In this document: in pieces, positions 1 through 8,257 of the stretch
How positions within the stretch are numbered: position 1 is the stretch's first letter
How the letters are laid out: the number at the start of each line of letters is the position of its first letter
Origin: a virus
Taxonomy: Duplodnaviria; Caudoviricetes
Direction: 5' to 3' (one strand)
Virus record (IMG/VR): IMGVR_UViG_3300020043_001840
Coordinates: 1 to 33,813 of that record
DNA length: 33,813 bases
Translations under genes and position numbers: made by a program
Notes under the pieces: model-generated
What the model was told of the DNA's origin: nothing
What the model saw: the letters and a program-made list of their open reading frames with translations, nothing else
Database searches by the model: none

Positions 1-16
1 TGAAGGAAGAAAAGTA

Positions 17-268
17 ATGGCTAACTTTAAGAACAGCGTGTGCCTAGTGCGCTCGTGCGGTATGCCCCATAAGGCTCGCGGTATGTGTAACCCGCATTAC
101 ATGGAGGCTCGTAGGAACGGTGAGTTTACGCCTAAGCCTTGGACTAAGCCTATGGAGGAACGCAAGTGTCCTCGCAGGGACCGTGTTACAAAAGAGATCA
201 TTGAAGCGGTGCCAATCGTTGACCCTGATGCCTTCTGGAATTTTGTAAAGAAGGAATTGCAGCTATGA
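17..268 (+). CDS. Small Cys/His zinc-finger-like protein
   Basis: CLVRSC...ARGMCNPHY motif, same pattern as the N-terminal repeats of the HNH at 7553-8233; purine-rich SD-like gaaggaag upstream. Confidence 0.7.
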   Translation: MANFKNSVCLVRSCGMPHKARGMCNPHYMEARRNGEFTPKPWTKPMEERKCPRRDRVTKEIIEAVPIVDPDAFWNFVKKELQL

Positions 269-498
269 GAGATGCCGTTTTGTTAGGACACACGATCAAG
301 AAGCTCAGGGAGGGTAGGGGTATGCGAAACATTGACCTTGCTTTCAGTGTCCCTATTGCCAGGGCTTACCTGAGCGAGATCGAACGTGGACATAAGACCC
401 CATCCTTTGCTATGGTAAATGACATCGCACGAGGACTCAAGATGAAGCCGTCAGATTTCTGGCGTGCTGTCGCAGAAAGTATTGATGAACAACTATAA
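265..498 (+). CDS. XRE/Cro-C1 family helix-turn-helix regulator
   Basis: LGHTIKKLREGRGM..IDLA......YLSEIERGHKTPSF..VNDIARGL is a classic HTH_3 pattern; ATGA overlap with upstream gene. Confidence 0.9.
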   Translation: MRDAVLLGHTIKKLREGRGMRNIDLAFSVPIARAYLSEIERGHKTPSFAMVNDIARGLKMKPSDFWRAVAESIDEQL

Positions 499-823
499 CG
501 AGAAGATGTGGGATGCGATTGAACTCGCTGACCTGATCAAGAAAGAAGCGTTCGGTAAGACTCCTTGTATGGATGATCCTGACCGCTGGTTTCCTGAGCA
601 GAGCAGCGAGGTTGGTGGCGACTCCCCAGCTTCAATGCAGGCCATCCGACAAACTAAGCAGCTGTGCAAGCAGCACTGCTTCGTTGTGAATGAGTGCTTG
701 AACTATGCGTTGAAGCACCGTGAGGATCAAGGGATCTGGGGTGGCACCTCAAGCATTGAGCGTCGCCAGCTACGAGCTCTCCGTAAGAAAATGTCCGACC
801 CTAATGCTAAGGTGAACTTCTAA
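485..823 (+). CDS. whiB: WhiB-family Fe-S transcription factor
   Basis: Four Cys (PCMDDPDRWFP; LCKQHC; ECLNYAL) and GIWGGTSSIERR turn motif; ATG at 485 preferred over GTG at 464. Confidence 0.92.
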   Translation: MNNYNEKMWDAIELADLIKKEAFGKTPCMDDPDRWFPEQSSEVGGDSPASMQAIRQTKQLCKQHCFVVNECLNYALKHREDQGIWGGTSSIERRQLRALRKKMSDPNAKVNF

Positions 824-1590
824 TGCCTATAAAGATTCTTGGAGTAGATCCTAGCGACTACACTCAAACCGACCACGAAGCGCACGAGACTGCTCAGCGA
901 TGGATGCGACGCATTCAGGAGCTTTACATAACCGAACGCTCTCACCAGAAGATCATTGGTATCTCTGAGGTTGGCTCGGATTGCCGTAAGTGTGTGGCTC
1001 GTAAGCTTGCCGAGAAGCCTAAAGATGTTTCAGGTGGCTGGTTCCCTTTCATGGGCACAGCTGTCCACCAGGCGCTAGAGGATGGCTTTGCAGCTCGTGA
1101 CTGGGCAGACGACTACATGCTTGAGAACAGATTGCACGTTTTTTCTTATAAAGGTCTTGAACTTGGCGGATCATGCGACATGGCAGCCATCTCGGTTGCT
1201 GGCAAGAACCTTATCGTCAACGATTGGAAAGTTGTGGGCGAGCGAGTAATCAAGGAAGCTGCAGCGGGAAAGATCAAGGCTCAGTATCGAGTCCAGGCTA
1301 TGCTTTACGGCCTCGGATGGAAAAACAAGGGCTATGACGTTACCCATGTAACGCTGTCGTTCTTGCCTCGTGACAAGGACCTTGCAGAGGCCCAAGTAGT
1401 CATGCTACGCTATGACGAACAGGTTGCGCTAGATGCACTATCCGCGCTTGAAGTTATGATTGATGCCGCCGAGATTGTCGGCTGGGATGCAGTTATTGAC
1501 AAGCAACCAAAGGCTTCATTCTGCTTCGACTGTAAGAAGTATGAGCAGAGTGAGAACAACGATCTAGAATCATTTCTAAATCGTGGCTGA
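823..1590 (+). CDS. Cas4-like / PD-(D/E)XK exonuclease
   Basis: SEVGSDCRK, GTAVH, GSCD, DWK, QAMLYG and C-terminal CFDC motifs; TAATG coupling to whiB. Confidence 0.8.
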   Translation: MPIKILGVDPSDYTQTDHEAHETAQRWMRRIQELYITERSHQKIIGISEVGSDCRKCVARKLAEKPKDVSGGWFPFMGTAVHQALEDGFAARDWADDYMLENRLHVFSYKGLELGGSCDMAAISVAGKNLIVNDWKVVGERVIKEAAAGKIKAQYRVQAMLYGLGWKNKGYDVTHVTLSFLPRDKDLAEAQVVMLRYDEQVALDALSALEVMIDAAEIVGWDAVIDKQPKASFCFDCKKYEQSENNDLESFLNRG

Positions 1591-1626
1591 CATGTAAAAA
1601 AAGAAGCGTTATTTTTACATATCAGC
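1586..1626. promoter_or_regulatory. Inverted repeat (14/15 match) spanning a putative promoter CTGACA-N17-TATTTT
   Basis: gctgacatgtaaaaa (1586-1600) vs tttttacatatcagc (1612-1626); -35-like 1587-1592, -10-like 1610-1615; AT-rich intergenic region. Confidence 0.55.
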
Positions 1627-1706
1627 TAAACATGTAACAAAACAATTGCAGGGAACGGCCTTGCGATTGTTTATCAAAGAAAACAATCATAAGAAAGCAG
1701 ATAAAA

Positions 1707-2333
1707 ATGGTAAACATTCAAGAAGTAAACCTTCCAGATCCAAACTCACTATTCGCAACGAAGTCAGTTCCATCGATTTCATTCAAGGACTCAAAGGTGG
1801 GCGACTCGTTCACTGGTGTCATCACTGAGCTAGAGACCGCTCAGGTTCGTGACTTTGAGACCAACGAGCCTAAGTTCTGGGATGATGGCAACCCACAGCT
1901 TCAGGTTGTTCTAACCCTTGCTACCGACTACATTGACGCTGATGTAGAAGGCGACGACGGCACTCGCAAGCTTTACCTAGTTGGTCAGAAGTTGACCGCT
2001 ATGAAGGCTGCGGTGAAGGAGTTCGGCAAGCAGATTGCTAAGGGCCAGATCATCACCATCACCTTTACTGGCGAGAAGGCTAACGCTAACAAGCGTTACA
2101 ACGCTACCAAGCTCTACGGCATCACCATTGCCGAGGGTAAGACCAACCCAGATGTAGACAAGGTGCTAGGTGCTCAGGGCGCTAAGCCAGTTGCTGCTGA
2201 AGGTGATAAACTTACTCCAGAGCAGGTTGCAAAGGTTCAGAAGCTCAGCGAAGCTGGGTTCGACGATGCAGAGATTGCTGAGACCATGGGCGTTAACAAG
2301 TATGCCGTGACCGCAGTTATCGAAACCTTCTAA
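1707..2333 (+). CDS. Putative single-stranded DNA-binding protein with C-terminal HTH-like extension
   Basis: SFKDSKVGDSFTGVI...Q.RDFETNEPKFWDDGNPQLQVVLTL.T...DDGTRKLYL resembles actinophage SSB-like proteins; sits between exonuclease and primase; C-terminal LTPEQVAKVQKLSEAGFDDAEIAETMGVNKYAV. Confidence 0.65.
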   Translation: MVNIQEVNLPDPNSLFATKSVPSISFKDSKVGDSFTGVITELETAQVRDFETNEPKFWDDGNPQLQVVLTLATDYIDADVEGDDGTRKLYLVGQKLTAMKAAVKEFGKQIAKGQIITITFTGEKANANKRYNATKLYGITIAEGKTNPDVDKVLGAQGAKPVAAEGDKLTPEQVAKVQKLSEAGFDDAEIAETMGVNKYAVTAVIETF

Positions 2334-2346
2334 TCATTTAGAGACC

Positions 2347-2386
2347 AAGGAGAGTGCGATCATATATTGGGTCGCACTCTCCTTTT
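2347..2386 (+). terminator. Intrinsic terminator/attenuator between SSB-like gene and primase
   Basis: 15-bp stem aaggagagtgcgatc / ggtcgcactctcctt followed by a short T run. Confidence 0.7.
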
Positions 2387-2410
2387 ATCCCCAACGAAAG
2401 GACAACGGCA

Positions 2411-4915
2411 ATGACCAAGCCATTCCAAGAACTTCTTGAGCGTCTAGGACGCGAAGCATCCTCCCCAGTCACCATCTGCTACCAGAGCGCCACTCAGGGC
2501 TTCAAGGTCAAGCAGACTAAGGTTCAGCACGCTGACACTGTGGTTGAGGCGCTGACTGAGATGAACGCCAATGTTTGGTATGAGATCAACCCTTCGACTT
2601 CAACTGTCCGTGCTCGCGCAGAGGACATTGAGAAGCTGTCAGCCGTTTGGATTGACATTGACTACAAAGAGACAGGTATTCAAAGTGAAGAGAACGCTTC
2701 TAGTTTGGTTGACCTACTATCAGACCTTATTGGCGTTTCGCCTGCTGCAGTGGTCCGTTCTGGTCACGGTCTCCAGCCCTACTGGGCCATTGATCCAGAA
2801 GAGGATTATACCCAAGAGCAAGCTGCAGGTGTGCTTGCACGTTGGGGCGCGTTCGTTCGCTGGGTGGCTGCATCGCAAGGCGGGTCGCTCGACTCCGTAT
2901 TTGATCTCCCACGCATCTTCAGGGCCCCTGGGTCTACGAACTTCAAAGATTCATTACATCCGATTCCAGTATCGGTTGACTTCCCAGAGGCTTGGCGACC
3001 TTTAAGCTTAGAGGAGCTAAATGATGTTCTCGACACCCACGGATTTACTTCGCTCTATACCATGCCTGAAGAGTATTCCCTCGTATCAGGATCAGCTGAA
3101 TGGGCTTATGCAGAACATGACTGCCACTGGGTCAGTAACCTCTTCAGTTCTGTACGCCCTTCCAATGGAGTACCAAAGTCTCGACATGGCTGGCTTCTAC
3201 AACAACTCATCAAGATTAACGCAGCACACCGTAACGGTTGCCTATCCGAATCATCAGCACACCTTCTCGTGGAAGTGCTCGATGAACGCTTTAGAACATT
3301 CCTAAAGGCTGCACCTTCGCGCCCAATGAACCAGGGAGAGCTGGAGTCAGCTAACCTTTGGGCTGTTGCTCGCGTCGAGGCTATGACCGCTCAGAAGCTC
3401 AAGGAAGAGCTAAAGAGCCACAAGCACGACTCGCTAGCCAGCGACAACCCTGAAGCTGCTCTGACCATGGAGCCAATCGAGGATGCCGAGCATGAGAACA
3501 TTACTCAGGTCTACCTAGAGTCATTCCAGACCTATGGCTTGAACGATACCTCTAACTCATGGCGCTTGAACTACTACATGCAAGGTCAGTTCCGCTACGT
3601 AACAGGGCTTGGCTGGTTCTTCTGGGATGGCTCACGCTATGTCCTAGACGCAGACAAGTCAATCATTCAAATGGCTGCTGATGCCGTCAACCCAGCTAAG
3701 GGTTTGTCTCTTGGCAAGGAAGGCATCAAGTGGGTGCAGGTATCCCAAAACAAAGACAGGTTGCAAAATGCTATTGCCATCTCAGCTACAAGCCCAGAGA
3801 TCCTTATTCAGTCAGTTGACTTGGATGCAGAGGCAAATAATCTCTGCACTCCTGGCGGTATCGTCAACCTCCAAACGGGTGAGATTCGTCCTGCGATTAA
3901 GGGTAGTGACTTCAACACTCGACAGACCTCTGTCACTCCTGCAGCTGTTCCTACTCCTAAATGGACGCAGTTTCTACGCGACACCATCGAAGATGACGAT
4001 CGTATTGCATACGTTCAAGAACTATTCGGCGCTGCTCTCTTTGGAGATTCCCGTTACCACGTCCTCCCTGTATTCGTAGGCTCTGGAGCCAACGGTAAGT
4101 CAACCCTTGTAAGCATCATGGAAGGTATCCTAAATGACTACGCAGCAACGATGCCAGAAAACTTTCTACTTGATACCACAGGGAATGCACACCCAACCGA
4201 CATTGCTCGGCTACGTGGTGTACGATTCGCCGTGGCTCAGGAAACCCGTCCCGACGGCAAGTTTAACGAGTCACGAGTTAAAATGCTTACGGGTGGCGAT
4301 GTCCTTTCAGCACGCTTCATGGGCCAGAACTTCTTCGACTTCAAACCGACGCACACGCTCTTTATGGCGGTCAACCACCTCCCCGAAGTTAAGAGTGGTG
4401 GAGATGGTTTCTGGCGCAGGCTACGCAAAATTGATTTCCGCAAAACGATTGCCCCTGAGAAGCGTAAGGAAGGCTTGGCTCAAGAACTTATTGAGCAAGA
4501 AGGTCCAGGCATTCTTCAATGGATGATCGAGGGCGCTGTCCGAGTAAGCAATGTAGGCTTCAACGAGCCTGAGTCAGTCAAGCTATCCACCCAGTCTTAC
4601 CGTCACGAGGAAGACCACATCGCCAAGTTCCTGGAAGAGAAGGTCATTGTCTCGGACACCTCGACTGCTGGTCGTACCTCGGTCTACAACGCCTATCAAG
4701 CGTGGTGTATCGAGAATGGAGAGAAGCCTGTCCCTCAGAACGGCCTAGTCCGTGAGATCAAGGGTCGCTTGGGTGTCACCGAGTCAACCAGCGCAGGCTT
4801 CAAGGTCTTCTTGGGCATGGAGCTCATGCAGATCAACTCACGCAACAACTCATCATCAATCGCTGACATGCTCGGCATTGTAGAGGAAGAAAAAGATGAC
4901 TGGTACAAACGCTAA
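2411..4915 (+). CDS. Primase-helicase: RepB'-type AEP primase domain plus D5/P4-type SF3 helicase
   Basis: VWIDID, SGHGLQPYW, DLPRIFRAPGSTNFK (AEP); GLGWFFWDGSRY and NLCTPGGIVNLQTG (D5_N); Walker A GSGANGKST; KMLTGGD..SARFM, NHLP, GFWRR; SD gaaagga before ATG 2411. Confidence 0.92.
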   Translation: MTKPFQELLERLGREASSPVTICYQSATQGFKVKQTKVQHADTVVEALTEMNANVWYEINPSTSTVRARAEDIEKLSAVWIDIDYKETGIQSEENASSLVDLLSDLIGVSPAAVVRSGHGLQPYWAIDPEEDYTQEQAAGVLARWGAFVRWVAASQGGSLDSVFDLPRIFRAPGSTNFKDSLHPIPVSVDFPEAWRPLSLEELNDVLDTHGFTSLYTMPEEYSLVSGSAEWAYAEHDCHWVSNLFSSVRPSNGVPKSRHGWLLQQLIKINAAHRNGCLSESSAHLLVEVLDERFRTFLKAAPSRPMNQGELESANLWAVARVEAMTAQKLKEELKSHKHDSLASDNPEAALTMEPIEDAEHENITQVYLESFQTYGLNDTSNSWRLNYYMQGQFRYVTGLGWFFWDGSRYVLDADKSIIQMAADAVNPAKGLSLGKEGIKWVQVSQNKDRLQNAIAISATSPEILIQSVDLDAEANNLCTPGGIVNLQTGEIRPAIKGSDFNTRQTSVTPAAVPTPKWTQFLRDTIEDDDRIAYVQELFGAALFGDSRYHVLPVFVGSGANGKSTLVSIMEGILNDYAATMPENFLLDTTGNAHPTDIARLRGVRFAVAQETRPDGKFNESRVKMLTGGDVLSARFMGQNFFDFKPTHTLFMAVNHLPEVKSGGDGFWRRLRKIDFRKTIAPEKRKEGLAQELIEQEGPGILQWMIEGAVRVSNVGFNEPESVKLSTQSYRHEEDHIAKFLEEKVIVSDTSTAGRTSVYNAYQAWCIENGEKPVPQNGLVREIKGRLGVTESTSAGFKVFLGMELMQINSRNNSSSIADMLGIVEEEKDDWYKR

Positions 4916-5534
4916 CCCTTGCTTTGGATGCAGGGCAGGCTTTCACAACGAGTGCGAGTCAGTCTGGCTGGAAATAGCTGAAGAAGAGTGCTGCTGTGGT
5001 GGCGAGGTCACCTTTGATGCGGGCGGTAATGTTCGCATTGACGCTGTAGATGGCGCTGAGTTTACTGGAGTAGAGAAAGATATTGATTACGGCTATGTCG
5101 GTGAAGAGTCAGGCTTTACTAAGAACCTTGCCGACTACAAGGATCCTGTAAGCACTGGTCGTAAGAAGGCTGCTGAGGTCGCTCCGATCACTGTCGGGCA
5201 GCTGTGCGAGTGGGCAGGGCTAAAGCATGCTGGTGGAGGCTTGAAGCCTATAGTGGGCTGCATTGGTCGCCCTGCCTCAGATCGCCATCACGGTCCAGAT
5301 AAGAATACAATGAACAACATTCTCGGCACTAACCTTCATCGCATCTGCGACCACTGCCACAACACTTGGCATGCGTTAAACGATCCAGGATATGGCCCAC
5401 GACCAGAGCACACTAAGCCTTTTATTCCAGAAGGCATTCTCGGCGTTGACTGGTTCGCGCATGACCCAAACACCCGCGCCACTACAGAAGAAGTTATTGA
5501 AGCTGAAGCTAAGAGGCTAAGGGATGCTCACTAA
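4896..5534 (+). CDS. Cys-rich protein with HNH-like C-terminal motif
   Basis: CFGC..GFHNEC..CCC N-terminus; CEWAG...C; HHGPDKNTMNN...NLHRICDHCHNTWH. Confidence 0.6.
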   Translation: MTGTNANPCFGCRAGFHNECESVWLEIAEEECCCGGEVTFDAGGNVRIDAVDGAEFTGVEKDIDYGYVGEESGFTKNLADYKDPVSTGRKKAAEVAPITVGQLCEWAGLKHAGGGLKPIVGCIGRPASDRHHGPDKNTMNNILGTNLHRICDHCHNTWHALNDPGYGPRPEHTKPFIPEGILGVDWFAHDPNTRATTEEVIEAEAKRLRDAH

Positions 5535-6090
5535 GTCTTGTAGTAAATGCTTAGAAGTAAAAAGCGTAGATTCATTTCATAAAAAAGCGAGCTCGACCTC
5601 TGGTTATAGCTCGCAGTGTAAAGCTTGCGTAAACTCAAGACTAAAAAGTAAGTACTGGGACGATCCAGAGCACTATAGATCTATTGCCAACAAGTCAGCC
5701 AACAAGAATAAAGATTCGGTAAAAGCTAGGCAGAAGCGGTATAGAGACTCGCACTCTGAGACAATCTATATTCGGATAAAGGAATGGCGCAAAAGTAACA
5801 AGCCAGCTAGAAATGCGGAAGCTCGCAGACGCAGAGCCTTGATTAAGGGCAACGGAGTTTCCCCATATACAGAGAAGCAAGTACTTGAAACTTACGGATC
5901 GGTATGCCATATCTGCAGCGAAGCAATCGACTTATCTGCCCCAAGAGCGTGCGGTAAGCAGGGATGGGAGCTAGGGCTTCACATCGATCACATAGTCCCT
6001 ATTGCAAAAGGTGGCGAGGATGCGCTGCATAACGTTAAGCCAGCACACGGTAAGTGCAACTTACTGAAGGGCTCTAGCCTTACTTCTTAG
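5524..6090 (+). CDS. HNH endonuclease (likely homing type) with N-terminal zinc ribbon
   Basis: CSKC..K....F......CKAC; CHIC; HIDHIVPIAKGGEDALHNVKPAHGKCNLLKG; visibly AT-richer codons than neighbours. Confidence 0.88.
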   Translation: MLTKSCSKCLEVKSVDSFHKKASSTSGYSSQCKACVNSRLKSKYWDDPEHYRSIANKSANKNKDSVKARQKRYRDSHSETIYIRIKEWRKSNKPARNAEARRRRALIKGNGVSPYTEKQVLETYGSVCHICSEAIDLSAPRACGKQGWELGLHIDHIVPIAKGGEDALHNVKPAHGKCNLLKGSSLTS

Positions 6091-7054
6091 AAGTAAACTT
6101 CTTACCTCTGAACCAAGCAACGCCGTTGTCGATCTGCACAAGCTCATAAAACGGCTGATCATTAACGTCTAGCGTTACTACGCAGACTCCTTGCTGCCAG
6201 TTCTCGTGATAACGAGCTGACTGACCATCAAGCTTGGTTGACCCATTGACGGATGGTACAGCCCCGTCAACACGGCATAGGCAGCCTGGGGAAACGGCAA
6301 TGGATCTAATAGCTCCGTCTCGGTTGAAGACAGTTTTGCTCTGGAGTTCAAGGCGGTGTGCATGTCCAAAGATTGTCGAAATGTGAGGATCTGCGTTGGT
6401 GTACGCAGCTGCGGTAGAGCCGTTAGATCTCGCTTTGTTTCCGTGTACTGCACGTAGGTTGGGAGTAAGCCAATAAGCTCCCGCTGGGTACGCATCAATG
6501 TATTCAACACCGATCTCATCTAGTCTCAATAGGTAAGGGATGCTCATTACAGGGAGCTCATTAGCGTTCGCACGCTTCAAGCCCCAAGCTGCTGCAGCAT
6601 TGGTCTGGATAAACTTTTCCAGACGGCGGTCATGGTTACCTTCAATGAGAACGATGTGAGCCTTTTCACCAGCTGCAGCTCGCTGCTCTTGTAGGAATAG
6701 GTGGCCTCGATCGAACGCCTTCTGAGTGGTGCCAGCAAAGGCAGCCTCCTGCTCGAAGCGCCCAAAGGTAGGCAAGTCTAGGTAGTCACCAAGATTAACA
6801 ACAGCGTCAACACGATCAGTATCTGCAAGATAAGAAACGATTTGGAGTGCAACATCCATTGCTCCTTCATCATGAAATGGTGACCACTTGTCATCAATAA
6901 AGCGGTAACCGATCTGCGGGTCAGGTAGGCAGACGGCAACCTTGTGCTTAGTCTTGGGATCCTTATAAGGCTTCGGCGCAGTGATGTTCACTGGCTTAGC
7001 TACGGTTACTGGTTCCCACTTAGGCTGTGGGCGCTCGTTCAGGGAGCTAAGCAT
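6080..7054 (-). CDS. Calcineurin-like metallophosphoesterase
   Basis: LPDPQIG, NLGDYLD, IEGNHD, VHG, FGHAHR motifs; ATG at 7054 overlaps the upstream gene end. Confidence 0.85.
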   Translation of the reverse strand: MLSSLNERPQPKWEPVTVAKPVNITAPKPYKDPKTKHKVAVCLPDPQIGYRFIDDKWSPFHDEGAMDVALQIVSYLADTDRVDAVVNLGDYLDLPTFGRFEQEAAFAGTTQKAFDRGHLFLQEQRAAAGEKAHIVLIEGNHDRRLEKFIQTNAAAAWGLKRANANELPVMSIPYLLRLDEIGVEYIDAYPAGAYWLTPNLRAVHGNKARSNGSTAAAYTNADPHISTIFGHAHRLELQSKTVFNRDGAIRSIAVSPGCLCRVDGAVPSVNGSTKLDGQSARYHENWQQGVCVVTLDVNDQPFYELVQIDNGVAWFRGKKFTSKK

Positions 7055-7271
7055 TACAACGGCAGCCCCCGCTGCGATGCTTCCAGATCTTGCCATCAGA
7101 TGTAGGAAAACCCAGCTTAGTCAACTGCTGCGCTAATTCGCGGCTTGACCAGGCTGGGTTTGCCAGTGACTCTTCAAAGATCACAAGGTCTTTGTCGTCA
7201 AAAGTGTCTAGAGCTTGCTGCATCATTGTGCAGAGCTTCTCTTCGGTTGGTAGCTGAAGTGCTTCGAGCAT
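7047..7271 (-). CDS. Small HTH-like protein coupled to the phosphoesterase
   Basis: WSSRELAQQLTKLGFPTSDGKIWKHRSGGCRC; SD gaaggga upstream. Confidence 0.7.
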   Translation of the reverse strand: MLEALQLPTEEKLCTMMQQALDTFDDKDLVIFEESLANPAWSSRELAQQLTKLGFPTSDGKIWKHRSGGCRCNA

Positions 7272-7320
7272 GCTTTACTATCCCTTCGGGTTTTGCCTTC
7301 AGGGAATAGCCTAGCATGCT
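7267..7320 (-). promoter_or_regulatory. Extended -10 (TGC-TAGGCT) inside a hairpin that covers the SD and AUG of the 7271 gene
   Basis: Minus strand agcatgct-ag-gctattccct ... agggatagt-aa-agcATGct; -10 at 7313-7308. Confidence 0.6.
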
Positions 7321-7326
7321 TTGTTG

Positions 7327-7560
7327 TTAAGCGGTTAGTGCTGCGACCTGAGCCTCGGTGAGGCCAAGTGCAACAAGAGCTGCAATAGCGTCAGCCTTAG
7401 CTTCAGCCTTAGCAGCTTCTTCTGCTTCGCGAGCAGCCTGAGCTTCAAGAGCAGCAGCAGCGTCGATCTCGCGCTGAGCTAGCTCCTCGGCGGTAAGAGG
7501 AATTTCAGTTACAGAACCGTCTTCACAATTTACTTCTAAGCGCGTAATGACTTCAGTCAT
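7327..7560 (-). CDS. Small acidic/Ala-rich protein, possible fibre assembly chaperone
   Basis: EVNCEDGSVTEIPLTAEELAQRE...LVALGLTEAQVAAL; last gene of the fibre cassette; SD aagga favours ATG at 7560 (alternative 7566). Confidence 0.65.
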   Translation of the reverse strand: MTEVITRLEVNCEDGSVTEIPLTAEELAQREIDAAAALEAQAAREAEEAAKAEAKADAIAALVALGLTEAQVAALTA

Positions 7561-8233
7561 TTTCATTCCTTAATTTTTCAGGGGCATAAAGAGCAAGAAG
7601 CTCTAAAGCCCAGTTTACCTTATCTTCGACTCTTTGCCCTTGCGGCTGAGTTGTTGACCAAAGCTCAAGATTCTCTAATCGATTATCAAATCTATCCCCA
7701 TTAATATGATGGACATTTTCCCCAGCAACTAGTGGCCTACCGAGAGCCTCTGCCATAACAAAGCGATGAGTGCGAATATAGCCCCGAGCATCACAATTTG
7801 GATGAGTTGGTTTATAGATAAAGTCATATTTGCTTTTGATTGGATTTTCAGGCTTTGCTTTTACTTGAAATGGATCACCATAAAGCGACCATCTCCGATA
7901 GTGCATTTGGCACATCCCCCGGGCAACTTTTTCTTTGAGGCATTGTCTGCCTTCTTGCTCACTAAGGATGGTGCATCTATCTTTTAGTTTCCGCTCAACT
8001 GGTCGGGTGTAGTTGACATCTCCATGCTTACGAAAGCGATTGTCATGCATACCGCATAAACCTTTGGCTTTCTTTGGATTATTACATCCCTGAACCTGAC
8101 ATCCGACAATTTGAAATGCCTTGGCTCGGTCAGACATATAAAGCGGATCACCGAACAAGCGAAATTTTCGGTAGTGGGTTGGGCAGTAACCCTTTGCAGT
8201 TACTTTTTTGTTACAGTTTTCAACTTTACACAT
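7553..8233 (-). CDS. HNH homing endonuclease with three N-terminal Cys/His repeats
   Basis: Three C..C....A.G.C..H..R....GD repeats; HRFVMAEALGRPL..GENVHHINGDRFDNRLENLELW; AT-rich. Confidence 0.9.
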   Translation of the reverse strand: MCKVENCNKKVTAKGYCPTHYRKFRLFGDPLYMSDRAKAFQIVGCQVQGCNNPKKAKGLCGMHDNRFRKHGDVNYTRPVERKLKDRCTILSEQEGRQCLKEKVARGMCQMHYRRWSLYGDPFQVKAKPENPIKSKYDFIYKPTHPNCDARGYIRTHRFVMAEALGRPLVAGENVHHINGDRFDNRLENLELWSTTQPQGQRVEDKVNWALELLALYAPEKLRNEND

Positions 8234-8239
8234 ATATAA

Positions 8240-8248
8240 AGTCTATCA
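8240..8248 (-). promoter_or_regulatory. Extended -10 (TGA-TAGACT), leaderless promoter of the HNH gene
   Basis: -10 ends 6 nt before ATG 8233; no SD. Confidence 0.6.
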
Positions 8249-8257
8249 GTAGAAATC

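Noticed and set aside
265-498. Temperate lifestyle from the XRE gene
   Set aside because: No integrase, att site or partition genes in the window; the rest of the genome is not visible
823-1590. CRISPR-Cas system from the Cas4-like gene
   Set aside because: No other cas genes or array; solo Cas4-like nucleases are common in phage replication modules
1646-1828. 60-aa TTG-start ORF overlapping the SSB-like gene
   Set aside because: Starts within a hairpin, no SD, no recognisable motif
2354-2410. GTG start at 2354 for the primase
   Set aside because: Lies inside the terminator stem; ATG 2411 has a well-spaced gaaagga SD
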